64,000 bases of DNA from Octopus bimaculoides (lineage: Eukaryota): the NCBI RefSeq assembly GCF_001194135.2, contig NC_068981.1, forward strand, positions 71,756,360 through 71,820,359, read 5' to 3'. Each line of letters starts with the position of its first letter. Within the stretch, counting starts at the first letter, position 1. Below the pieces are notes generated by a model, which searched no databases, had not been told where the DNA came from, and was given only the letters and a program-made list of their open reading frames with translations. This document shows, piece after piece, positions 50,601 through 60,779 of this stretch. The position numbers and the translations under genes are program-made.

Positions 50601-53600
50601 GGTATGTTGGTATTGTTTATATCCTGAGGATACAATACAGTTTTCTTCTCATTTGTTTTCAATTCCAAAGTAGTAGATCCACTATTTGGTGCAGAAGCAG
50701 CTGTATGATGCTTTGGAATAAAAAACTGATAATCTTTGTTTGTCAGTGGGCTGGAGGCTGGTATAAGTGTATCACCTGTGTTATTACTTGAAAAATTTCT
50801 TACTGGAAGGAAAAGAGGGCTGTCTATTGTTGGTGATTTATTTATTCCTTCATGATAGCTATGGCTGAGACCATTTGCAGTTGTGTTATTTACATCTGGT
50901 GATATTTGGAGAAGACTTTTGTTTATATCGACCATAATTTTTGAATGGGTTTTACCTTTAAATAAGTCACCATCAGATATAGACCCAGTTTGTGAAAGAC
51001 TTCTGGTCATATTGCTTTTACTCATATTTTTATTTACATTAACTGGTTTGGTAGGTACATCTGAAGAATAAGGCTTTGTCGCTACAGAATCTTCATCGAT
51101 AACAGCTAAATATTTTGACCACTCACTCGCCATATGTTTTACTGTTGTTGGCAAATGGTTCTCCCCAATGTCAGGAATTTCTCCTGTTTTACTGTCTACT
51201 GGTGGATTTTTGAGTGACGTTTTCATTTTAGTTTCCCACTTTTTCACTCTTTCAGCTACTTCAATGTCATATTCTACATCAGAAAACATTCCAGTATCTT
51301 TAATTGGTAAGGCTAACTCATTTTCTGGAGTTTCACTTTTACTACTAATATTAGCTTTAGTTGAGCTTACTATAGAGGGTGCAGAACAGCTTAAAGATTT
51401 TTTAATTACCTCAGGAGAGCTTTTTATTTTGTTAGATTCTGACACCAAAATACTTTCTGAAATAGTTATAAGTGGTTTATACTGGGTCATAGTTTCAGCA
51501 TTTTCCAATGGCTTTGATGGCTGATTATCTCTCTGGTTTTGGTTAGCTGCTGGTTGGGCATTATCATGAGATTTTAGCCAAGACATACAAGATTGGAATG
51601 CACTACTCTCACAGACAGGGGACTGTGTAATTAAAACTGGCTCTGAAATTCTAATTGGGGTTGGGCGAAGAATTGGCTGTCTATTTTCAGTATAAATTTG
51701 TGAAGATGTAATGGGTTGTTTGTTTCTAGGAGTAACAGGAAGTAGTTTTGAACCTGTACACTGTTGTGACATTAAGACTGGTTCAGAGGACATTTTTAGT
51801 AGAACTGGTTTTGAAGTTGTTACTAATTCTGGAATTTTAGGCATAACTGGCTGTAACATTGGAATTGGTTCTGAGACCTTTGGTAAACCAGATGCTTCTG
51901 ATGCTGATATAGGTTTCTCATTTTGTGAGTTTGAATGCTGTGTTAATTGAAGAGTATTATTGACACTTGTTGGTTCTATGTATTGCTTATTTGATTCTAA
52001 CAGCTCATCAAGTGAATCTCCATCACTGTAAGATTTTGATGAATAATTTGTTGTATGTTTTATATTTGATTCTTTGGAATTTGAATCTATGCCTGTTTTA
52101 GATCTACGATTTTTTTGTTTTTGCTCAGCTTTGGATTTTTCCTTTTTTTGTTCTTGGAAAGGATGTTGATCCACTTTGGCGGGTAATTGAGGTGATTTTG
52201 GTTGTGTTGGAACATATGGCTGAAAACTCAATGGGCGAGTGTTCAATTGAGGATTATGCCCATTAGATAAGAGAAAAGCATTTTGCAAGGAACTATTTGT
52301 TTCAAAGTTTCTGTTTTGATTAATGAAATTTTCAGGTTGTTGTTGCTGAAATGTTTGTTGCTGAAATATTTGTTGTTGTTGTTGCTGCTGCTGCTGAGGA
52401 GGAGGAGGAGGAGGAGGACTGATACATTGGATATTGTTCCCAAAAGCAAAGGCTGTGGAATTTCTGTTTGGATTGCTTGCAGCTGCCTTCCTGTTTTCAC
52501 ACTGAAAATTTGTATTTATTATTTGAGAATCTGTTCCATTTCTATTTTCTTTCTGTAAAGAATTGTTGAAATTATTTGATAACCCAATATTTTGGTTATT
52601 TTTGCGAGGATATTCAACAACAACCATTCTTGGTTTTGGTTTTTCTGGTTGGCTTGGAGGTTTGTTATCTCTTTTGAATGTAAGAGGTGGAGACAAGCTT
52701 CCACTTGCAGTAAATCCTAGAGACATAGGTCGGTAGCAAGGAAAAGAAGCTGTCATTTGAGCTGGCTTTGAAACTTCTGTCTTTAGTTTTGGTTCTAGAA
52801 CAATTTGATCACCTGAAATATTAAGATAATTTGTGTATTCTTGACCAGATCTAGCGGTTACACCTTCATATTCCCCTATGGAGGCTTTTCTACCTTTTCC
52901 ACGGCCTGCTTGAACTTGGGAAAGTCTCTGACGAATTTGGTTTGAAATTTCAGAGTGTGGGTTGGTTTCTTCATCAGATGTGGGATAATTTTCCATTCTC
53001 TGTTGTCTCATTTCTTCTAACCGCTGAAACTTAGCTTTTTGAGGAATGGCTGCATTAACTCTGTTAGGATTACTCCATGTATTTTGATGGTCCTGCTTAT
53101 TTCCACTTGAAGGTGATGGAATACCTGCATGTGGTCGATTGATTGAATTTGGCATGGTTTGGCTTTTGTTTTCTTGTTGTTGTTGTTGTTGTTGTTGTGG
53201 TGGTGGTGGTGGTGGAGTGATTAGTTTCCATTCTGTTGCTTTGGTTTTATCATGCCGTTTTGTCTTTTTTATCAAAAGTGGATTCCGTGTCCATCGCTTT
53301 GGTCCACTATCTCCTGAATCAGTGTCACTGTCCGATAGATTAATGTTAACGATATCATCTTCGGAGAACTGGCGCAAACATAATGGATGAGGACTTTTGC
53401 GTGGTTCATGACTAATAGCCCATTGTGGTCCAGATGTATCTTGTCTACTAGGGCTTAGATGTCGTCGAGGACCTTCACTTCTTGAACGATGACGTGCTTT
53501 GGTTTGACTATCACTAGGCACAGCAACTCTTCTTCCTTGTCTTTCATGTCTTTCCATCAAAGGGTCATCTGTTGCTTGACTGGTTGCTCTTGACCCTTGA

Positions 53601-53635
53601 CCTCTAGACAGACTTTTCAGTTTCTCATCTGCACT
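47684..53635 (-). CDS. Giant terminal coding exon (5952 nt, 1983 aa + stop) of an unidentified S/Q/N/P/K-rich, largely disordered protein
   Basis: Listed ORF 47684..53560 extends 25 more open codons (SADEKLKSLSRGQGSRATSQATDDP) to a minus-strand ttttatataatttcag acceptor, phase 0. It has no stop in 5.9 kb of AT-rich DNA and no TE insertion. No domain recognised. Confidence 0.9.
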   Translation of the reverse strand, partial: SADEKLKSLSRGQGSRATSQATDDPLMERHERQGRRVAVPSDSQTKARHRSRSEGPRRHLSPSRQDTSGPQWAISHEPRKSPHPLCLRQFSEDDIVNINLSDSDTDSGDSGPKRWTRNPLLIKKTKRHDKTKATEWKLITPPPPPPQQQQQQQQENKSQTMPNSINRPHAGIPSPSSGNKQDHQNTWSNPNRVNAAIPQKAKFQRLEEMRQQRMENYPTSDEETNPHSEISNQIRQRLSQVQAGRGKGRKASIGEYEGVTARSGQEYTNYLNISGDQIVLEPKLKTEVSKPAQMTASFPCYRPMSLGFTASGSLSPPLTFKRDNKPPSQPEKPKPRMVVVEYPRKNNQNIGLSNNFNNSLQKENRNGTDSQIINTNFQCENRKAAASNPNRNSTAFAFGNNIQCISPPPPPPPQQQQQQQQQIFQQQTFQQQQPENFINQNRNFETNSSLQNAFLLSNGHNPQLNTRPLSFQPYVPTQPKSPQLPAKVDQHPFQEQKKEKSKAEQKQKNRRSKTGIDSNSKESNIKHTTNYSSKSYSDGDSLDELLESNKQYIEPTSVNNTLQLTQHSNSQNEKPISASEASGLPKVSEPIPMLQPVMPKIPELVTTSKPVLLKMSSEPVLMSQQCTGSKLLPVTPRNKQPITSSQIYTENRQPILRPTPIRISEPVLITQSPVCESSAFQSCMSWLKSHDNAQPAANQNQRDNQPSKPLENAETMTQYKPLITISESILVSESNKIKSSPEVIKKSLSCSAPSIVSSTKANISSKSETPENELALPIKDTGMFSDVEYDIEVAERVKKWETKMKTSLKNPPVDSKTGEIPDIGENHLPTTVKHMASEWSKYLAVIDEDSVATKPYSSDVPTKPVNVNKNMSKSNMTRSLSQTGSISDGDLFKGKTHSKIMVDINKSLLQISPDVNNTTANGLSHSYHEGINKSPTIDSPLFLPVRNFSSNNTGDTLIPASSPLTNKDYQFFIPKHHTAASAPNSGSTTLELKTNEKKTVLYPQDINNTNIPTGNFLRRKSDITSDHSISQMVSNRRNAEHGNWKNLIGGMQEKLKDSEIWSPQMDSHQGPVSIERVTARTLETIPFSEDPFWKEIEELTNFDHLMKESPSERKNSTEIDSTKAFTSCQMDAASTQHMKPFSLPSFPASNADNKPQSKPYSTSSLKSSNKIANMNALDEVLLDLQPVLGNRMSNSQRKIFGSHSDMSHKSSSPKRPLSYHSGSYHGDQLEVHSQMLKAACNSGPSAERPEFSSQQNLLQLQEGNHGNLMYQSMTKLGEKQYENVVNGNYQLDPSVLKEKLINTGLVERSPSGDDLAFLIKNIQEGNNNVMFAFRDNEKPTTYTPAQPEENIEELKVLASQVEDKLSEIKSKILKADESNLDRILNTLKKFSPATSAMLSADVKSSSSKKSNTEHFVNRKAKLSEALNELEKIYTQLNIGNETLLDCNKPSNFSSPYSSQESHCFRLSSSFSQLYDNTTGHVSSDSFHSDMRYLSTSDHGLTTSQRYRELMQVPVKDIGSKYPIKTESQTSNSPSVTESPLIKTEDASGDSVLSTSDVPTRRARTRRQRRSLANEMNQESKKFQSRNSGKEGNDGPSVYLSSITVEKGSRSKSSARSDTSDGSSRLINGTPRPKPPPRSSSLHRKSGRDDERNHRKSTPPDFDMKHTTSSSQSQSSNGNREIQENGNISKQNFQQQLRQEQSCSSDSSAEMVQQKKRPVSKGIAKMLDLFSSSDEDRHRKVRTRSRHERRPISEISEEQGNKFSDDSQSSKSSPKSQSSSKVMTPRNVKQRHEAKARQKIVIAQQMMMQENESPQPLLSDENLATEDSSTASKPPLPIPRQRSQSSEKCLSSSDDNVRDEQGGETPNESSNNEKQREKSSPASSNKSRSRWSISSAREFVNATDSPISFEKVAENEVNDHAERCHSFHELFASFEPDRKRIDKLKQLQKSASEEAAEEENGKMHTFHSEPDLRDSINKGNKRFD

Positions 53636-54384
53636 CTGAAATTATATAAAAAGTAATACTTAAAGAAAATGACTAAATGTGAAAGAAATCATGTCATATA
53701 TCTTTCAATTAAAAAAAATTACAAAAATATAACATTTGAAAACATAATTCTTGAAAGTATTAAAAGTCGCATGCAATCTTGAGATCATGGCTGTTGGAAA
53801 ATGATTAATGTGGTGTATCTAAAATTATTACATCAAATTATAAAGAATTCAACTGTTGTAGTATTTGCACAGAATATGCAACATTACTTCTTTCTAACAA
53901 ATTGAACATGTCTGTGTGATTAAGAAATTTCCCTATTATAGCCCTGGGTTGATCAGTGCCTTGTGAATGAATCTGGCAGATAGAAACTTTTGTATGTTAT
54001 TGTCATTGTCATTGTTGTTGTTGGTACTGCTGTGTAACCATTGCCATCATTGTTGTCATCCTCTTGTCCTCATTGTTCTTGTCATTGTTACCACCATCAC
54101 CAACACCACCACCACCACCACCACCACCACTGCCACTGCTGCTCCTCCCACCACTACCCTCATTTTAATGTCACATGGGTTAGATGGAATTTGTTGATGT
54201 GCATTTTCAATCAATGGATACACTTGTTGTTGCCAACCCTCATCTGTTTCCAAGTGAAGTAATATTTTCCCATGACCAGACACTGCTTGCATGACAGTAA
54301 CGTTTATTTACAACAATTACATGATATCAAGGCAAGGAATCTGTAACACGTATACACACAAACACACACACACACATGTATATT

Positions 54385-54418
<34 letters not shown>

Positions 54419-54897
54419 CATACATTTATATATATGTATTTACATACATATACACACACACACACACATATAAATTAAAGTAGACAGCAGTTTGTTGCAA
54501 TGTTTCACCAAAAATTGGAAACTATAATCGTCACTAAATGTGACTTTGGTGTTAGAAACATCTACAATGCTAGAAATAAGAGCTAAAATGCTCTAATGCT
54601 GTAGTCAAAGCACATAATTGTATACATATGCACTGATAGGATTGTAATCGTCTGAAAACACTGTTCAAGAATTCTTTATACTGACCGTCAGTTTTGGAAA
54701 TTTCTGTTGTCTCATTAGTAAGGATTGGCTCCACTTTGGCAGATTGTGGACTTAATTCTCTATCAGTATATATGTTTTTATCATAGAAGTGTATGGAGGA
54801 TGTAGCAAATTGGTAATGTGTATACAGAAAATTAATGTAGACATCAGTTTGCAATGTTTCACCAAAAAGGAAAACTATAATCGTCACTAAATATGAC

Positions 54898-55038
54898 TAG
54901 GGTGTTAGAAATACCTACATTGCTAGAAATAGGAGCCAAAATGCTCTAATGCATTTTAGCAGTTTTTATGTGTTTTGATTACAGCATTAGAGTATTTTAG
55001 CCCTCATTTCTTGCAATGTATGTGTTTCTAGCACCCTA
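54898..55038. repeat. 141-nt hairpin, 55-nt arms
   Basis: 54898-54952 vs 54984-55038 are 46/55 identical inverted, ungapped; ends TA-GGGTG...CACCC-TA. Confidence 0.85.
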
Positions 55039-55051
55039 TTCACATTTATAT

Positions 55052-55106
<55 letters not shown>

Positions 55107-55398
55107 NNNNNNNNNNNNNNNNNNNNNNNNNNNNNNNNNNNNNNNNNNNNNNNNNNNNNNNNNNNNNNNNNNNNNNNNNNNNNNNNNNNNNNNNNNNNNN
55201 NNNNNNNNNNNNNNNNNNNNNNNNNNNNNNNNNNNNNNNNNNNNNNNNNNNNNNNNNNNNNNNNNNNNNNNNNNNNNNNNNNNNNNNNNNNNNNNNNNNN
55301 NNNNNNNNNNNNNNNNNNNNNNNNNNNNNNNNNNNNNNNNNNNNNNNNNNNNNNNNNNNNNNNNNNNNNNNNNNNNNNNNNNNNNNNNNNNNNNNNNN
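55107..55398. other. Assembly gap (292 N) between (TA)n and (AC)n tracts
   Basis: N run. Confidence 0.99.
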
Positions 55399-55450
<52 letters not shown>

Positions 55451-55959
55451 CAAGTAAAAATGCAAAAAATGCAAAGATATGTTTTCACATAGCAAAAGTT
55501 TTCATATACCAGTTTTACAGTTAAATTACTAGTGTATATTTTCAGAATGTGAGTTTTACATACACAACATGAAAAAAGAGAGAGTAAAAAAAAGAAATCA
55601 CATATTACTGAAAAGTTTTTGTAGAACAGAAGTTTTACTGAATAAAGTTTAGTGCATGTTGTCACCCAGAGGCATTTTGCAGAGAAAGAAAATCCTATTG
55701 TACTAAGAAAAATCATATTTCACTGACTGGAGCTGTTTTTACTGTTGTTCAGCTTTGATCCTAAAATGCATTGACAAAACACACTTTGAACTTTGATAAG
55801 CTGAATGACAGTGAACAAAAAAATTTACAAACAAACCAGAAGCATTATAATCACTGGTTTATCAGGAACTTTAAAACAAACCATACATATTTTGTAATAT
55901 TGTGGAAATAATGGAAAGAGCTATATTATTTTGGATAAAAAAGGAAAACCAATAACACA

Positions 55960-56380
55960 ACAGCATTTGTATGATGTTTGTGTTAGAACTGCAATACTGG
56001 ATGATAGTGAGATATGTGCCTTGAATATAGAGGACTTAAAATGACTGGAAAGGAATGAAGCAAGCATGTTCAACTGGATGTGTAATGTAAGTGTGCCTGA
56101 ATGACAGTATAAGTTGGCTGAGAGAAAACTGGGCATAAGAGGAATCATATGTAGTGTACAAGGGAAAGATTGCATTGGTATGATCTTGTTATGCATATGA
56201 ATGAGGACAGCTGTATAAAGAAGTGCCAGTCACTTAATGTGGTTGGAGCTCACATAAAAGTGTTCCAGAACAATCTGGGATGAAATAGTGAAGGCTGAAC
56301 TCAGGACCTTGAACCTCACAGTGATGTTGACAAAGGACCACACCAGGTGATGATGACAAAGGACTGGGAAGGCTGGTGAT
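55960..56380 (+). mobile_element. Decayed RTE LINE 3' ORF fragment
   Basis: LYDVCVRTAILDDSEICALNIEDLK*LERNEASMFNWMCNVSV ... WDEIVK. Confidence 0.8.
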
Positions 56381-57829
56381 ATGCTGTTTTTTGAGAAGAT
56401 CTGCCCATCTTGGAAGCAGTGTGTATGTGTATGTATATATATATAAATGCATAATCAATGTGTATGAATATATATATAAATGCACAATCTTCTTCAAATA
56501 CCCCACTCCACTAATCATCTCTCTCTTGATACCACTTTATTTTTCTTGCTACCTGGAACCATTTCATTTGTTAGTTATTCTTCATGCATTAATATTGCTC
56601 CTTCTGTTCTTATGTTAAATTGGTTGACTCACCCACACCACTGAGCCACAAAATTAATCCTCCTCATGCACTATGGTTCTCTCTCTCTCTCTCTCTCTCT
56701 ACTTCTCCAGACTACCCAACCATGTGTCAACTCTCTCTCTCTCTCATCTTCCTCTTGTCTGCTATATCATCACTGTTATCCTGCTACTCTCCCCACTACT
56801 CTCTTCTGTATCCTTCTACCTTCTCCAACTCATGCATCATTGGTCATCTCCACTCTTTATTCTCTACTCCCTACATCTACTCTTCAACCCTACCTAATCT
56901 TTACAGTTTTGTCTACCTCCCCTCACCTCTCCCATTCTTCCATCTTTTGCTCCCTCATACACTCTTGAAAACCCCCACCCCTACTCCTGTACCTTGAGGG
57001 GTCACATAGACACCTCATTACCACTATTTATTTCTTTGTAGCTCCTACACACCAGTACAGCCCTTTCTTCTAAATGTTAGTAGCCATGTAGCCTCTCTAC
57101 AACAAAAACCTGCATGCTTGCATGGGTCAGATGGAATTTGTTGAAGAAAAGTTTCTACAGTTGGATACCCTTCCAATTGCCAATGCTCACCTGTTTCCAA
57201 GTAAGTTAATACTCCCCATGACCAGATATGTTTTTCACAGAAGAATGGAATGGAAATGAAGGACACTGCTGGCATGATGGTGACATTTGTTTACGCTGTC
57301 ACATGCAGTCTAAGTAAAGAGACATTAACACACGCACACACACACACACACACATATGCATGCATGCATGTATGTGTGTATGTGTAAGGCTTTGGTCATC
57401 CCTGGTCTGTAGTAGAAGACACTTGCCCAAGGTACCATGCTGTGGGACTGAACTCAAGGTCATGTAGTTGGGAAGCAAACTTCTTACCACATAGCCATGC
57501 ATGTGCCTAGTAATTGCATGTAGTATTATAAAATAGTGTAAAATGATAGTGTAGAATGAGGTAACCATATAATAATACAACTATATAGATGAGGAAATAA
57601 TAACTTTCAAGATAGGAAAGTGATATGATTATAAGTATAAAGAGATTATGACGTAAATATCATTACAATATGGATGAAGTAAAAATAACTTTCTTTTCAC
57701 GAGATGTTAATGCAAATGACAGTATAAAGTTTTAATATAGTATGAAATGACAAAACAATGTAAAATGATGGTGCTAATGTTAAATTTTAAAGTAAAATAA
57801 AAGAATATGTGATGTGATATTATGGGTAC

Positions 57830-58500
57830 TACCCTGATAAAATAGAGATATATATAAAAAAGTAAAAATACTATAAAAAGTAAAAGATATATAGGTTAAG
57901 AGTAGGGGAAGAATATATGAGAAGGAAAATACTAAATAGAATGATTCCAGGTGGAAGGGTCCACTCTACCATATGTTGGTTTATTGTTACTTTGGTTCTA
58001 AGAAGGGTGTGTTGTTCATGTACAACATATATGCTAAATTCCAGCATGTGATAACCATCTGGATATTATTTAGAAATGGTGTGTTCATGAAGAAGATATG
58101 AGTTGTGTCCTTGGTATATACATTGCACTGTGTTCTATTGCCTTAGACAAAATCTTCCACCATATGTTGTATCCTTCAAATACCAAAAATAAGTTTAGAG
58201 AGCTGTTATGTTTCTCCTAGAAGGGTATCTGAATGAATGGAGATGTTAATGATATTTGAACTTGAAATCATTTGCAGTGAGATCAATATATACTTTTGAG
58301 AAAGAGCTGGTCATAACATTGCATTAATAAATAACACTTCTTATAGGTAGTTTTATTTAATAGTCTGGGAAAAGTACAATTATAACCTGATCCATGTCCT
58401 GTTTACATTACTGATATTGTTACTGGATCTTTTAGTTCTATATCTATTCAACTTAGGTAAATTAGAATAAGCAATACTTTGAGAAGTGCTGTTATCTACG
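57830..58500 (-). mobile_element. Decayed Penelope-like element: GIY-YIG endonuclease region and T-rich 3'UTR
   Basis: Minus-strand remnants YIDLTANDFKFKYH*HLHSFR, TAL*TYFWYLKD, WKILSKA and CNVYTKD..HIFF..PFLN, in the order of the PLE GIY-YIG domain. Confidence 0.65.
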
Positions 58501-58553
58501 TCGCAGTTGAATATTTATAAAGTATAAAGTGGGTGTATGTGTATACATCTAAA

Positions 58554-58591
<38 letters not shown>

Positions 58592-58598
58592 TGTATGA

Positions 58599-58636
<38 letters not shown>

Positions 58637-58638
<2 letters not shown>

Positions 58639-58950
58639 GAGAATTTACGAAAAAAACAACAACAGACGAGGACAGGTGGTGTAAACAACAAAAGGATGTA
58701 TTAGTTTAACGCTCGGGAATACAGAAAATCTTTAACGTTTCAAGCTACGCTCCTTAACAGAAAGAATACGGAGAAAACAAGGAGAAAAACACGGAGAAAA
58801 AAAAATTGAATGTTTTGTCAGCAATCAATCATGGCGAATGCCTGACAGGAAGTTGCCGGACAGGAAGTTCACACAGGAGAGCTAAGAAAAAGGGGAGATA
58901 ACAAAAGAGGAAAGAAATGGTATATATGTAAATTGTGTATGGCAGAAAAA
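58637..58950 (-). mobile_element. Penelope-like element terminal repeat with hammerhead-like motif
   Basis: 58637-58752 matches 63887-64000; abuts a (TA)n tract; contains GAGC-GTA-GCTT-GAAACGTT. Confidence 0.65.
58729..58765 (-). ncRNA. Degenerate minimal type I hammerhead ribozyme motif
   Basis: UCUUU-CUGUUAA-G-GAGC-GUA-GCUU-GAAA-CG-UU-AAAGA: stem I 5 bp, stem II 4 bp, GAAA, palindromic ACGU; core deviates from CUGANGA at two positions. Confidence 0.5.
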
Positions 58951-59268
58951 TATATAATCCTTATGAACTCACATGAACCAGGAGGCTACCTGAACTCCAG
59001 GACTGAAGCTGTGAGAAGTTGTCCACATTTTCGGAAATTTTTACTTAAAAATTGGAAAACCTAGCTATCAAGCGAAGGAAGACAACTCACTCGGCCATAA
59101 TTTTTTCAGAGGAATATTTCTTCAATTATCACCAGCCTTCTTGTGTTTTTTAAAAAAACATTCTTTGCAGAGAACAGTTATTGTTTAGAGAAACTGAAGA
59201 TATGTCTAGTTCACACTAGATATGAAACCAATGGTTTTTTTTCTAAAACTGTTACTTTACACATACAG

Positions 59269-59316
<48 letters not shown>

Positions 59317-59350
59317 GCCAGTATGGATCATGAATGTTAAATGAGGGTGA

Positions 59351-59351
<1 letters not shown>

Positions 59352-59440
<89 letters not shown>

Positions 59441-59481
59441 TAATAATATATTTTAAAAAAGGATTGACATAACTCTTCTTC

Positions 59482-59512
<31 letters not shown>

Positions 59513-59520
59513 TATTATAT
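59352..59520. repeat. Compound (TAC)n/(TAA)n microsatellite
   Basis: Direct reading. Confidence 0.95.
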
Positions 59521-59529
59521 ATAATACAT

Positions 59530-60142
59530 ATAAAAACAAAAAAGTGGGTGAAAATGCACAATAATTTAAAAGATCTCTAGAGTTTAGAAATGGAGTGAAA
59601 TGTCTTCAAGACTCCTTCACTGCAATGGGCTGTTGGATGTCACTAAAAGTCCATTTCCTTGATTCACATCTGGACTTTTTTGCAGAGAACCTTAGAGCAG
59701 TGTCTGATGAGCAAGTGGAACGCTTTCATCAAGATATTGCATCGATGGAACAACGATATCAAGGATTTTGGAATGCAGGAATGTAAGCTGACTACCGTTG
59801 GATGTTATACAGGGATGAACCTGAGACAAAATACCATAGAAAGTCCAAATCCCAAAGATTTTAAGTTGTTATGCATTTGAGTGTATTCTAACTTATTTGT
59901 ACACAATAATTTTAATTTTGTACAATAAAAAGCCATGAAATTATCATATCTTGTATTCAATATACTTTATATAGACATGCTTTATGTATCCTATAAGTTA
60001 AAACAGCAGGTATTATTAACAGGAAAATGTGGCCTGATAGAGGAAATTGGAATTCAGATTTGTAATCAGCATCAAAAATTAACTCAGAATTGTCAATCAG
60101 TAACTCTGATGATTAAAAAAAGTTTCATTTTGTTGACCAGTG
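59530..60142 (+). mobile_element. DNA transposon remnant, Chapaev3-like (CMC superfamily): transposase C-terminus and right terminus
   Basis: GCWMSLKVHFLDSHLDFFAENLRAVSDEQVERFHQDIASMEQRYQGFWNAGM*ADYRWMLYRD; ends TTTTGTTGACCAGTG (CACTGGTCAACAAAA on the minus strand). Superfamily assignment is from recalled motifs. Confidence 0.65.
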
Positions 60143-60779
60143 TTATTGGTTTTCTATCTGAAATTCGCTTATATAGTCAAAAGTTTTAGATTTCAAACAT
60201 TTAAAACATTTATTCAATAAAATCAAATATCCCGTTACCTTTCATTGTTTATGAAGATTATTATTTTCAATCATTACAACAGCACTATTTAATTGCAATT
60301 TTAGTATCTTTTTATAGATTAACTAGATTTTGCCATTTGTGTTTTGAAATATTTGACATTATATTCCTATTTTATTTTTCAGTTGAATAGAAAAATTTAC
60401 AATGTGTTCCTCGAAAGTACCAAGGGCTTTATTCTTTCCTTTCTTTGGATAAAATTTGCTTTTATTCTTTACAAGTGATTCATCTTTATTATTATATTCT
60501 CTTAAAAAAAACGTATTTAGCTAGTCTAAGTTTTCAGCTGAATCCTGTGATGTTATGATTTTTTATTTCAGTGAAGTTGAACTTTTGGGGAGTGGGTTCA
60601 TTCTAAAAAACAACTGCTCTTTTTACTCATGTTTTGCATTAATAGTTCTAGTTTGAGTTGATTCATCAAATCTATCAGTATAGAACTTGTGTTTAAAATA
60701 CTAGAAAATAATAACTATTAAGAAAAGATTGACAACTATAAACTAATAAGAAATCTGACCTTTATTGAATAAATATTGA

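Noticed and set aside
47806-53390. Short ORFs overlapping the giant exon on other frames or the + strand
   Set aside because: Shadow ORFs of the 1983-aa frame with no independent splice or homology support.
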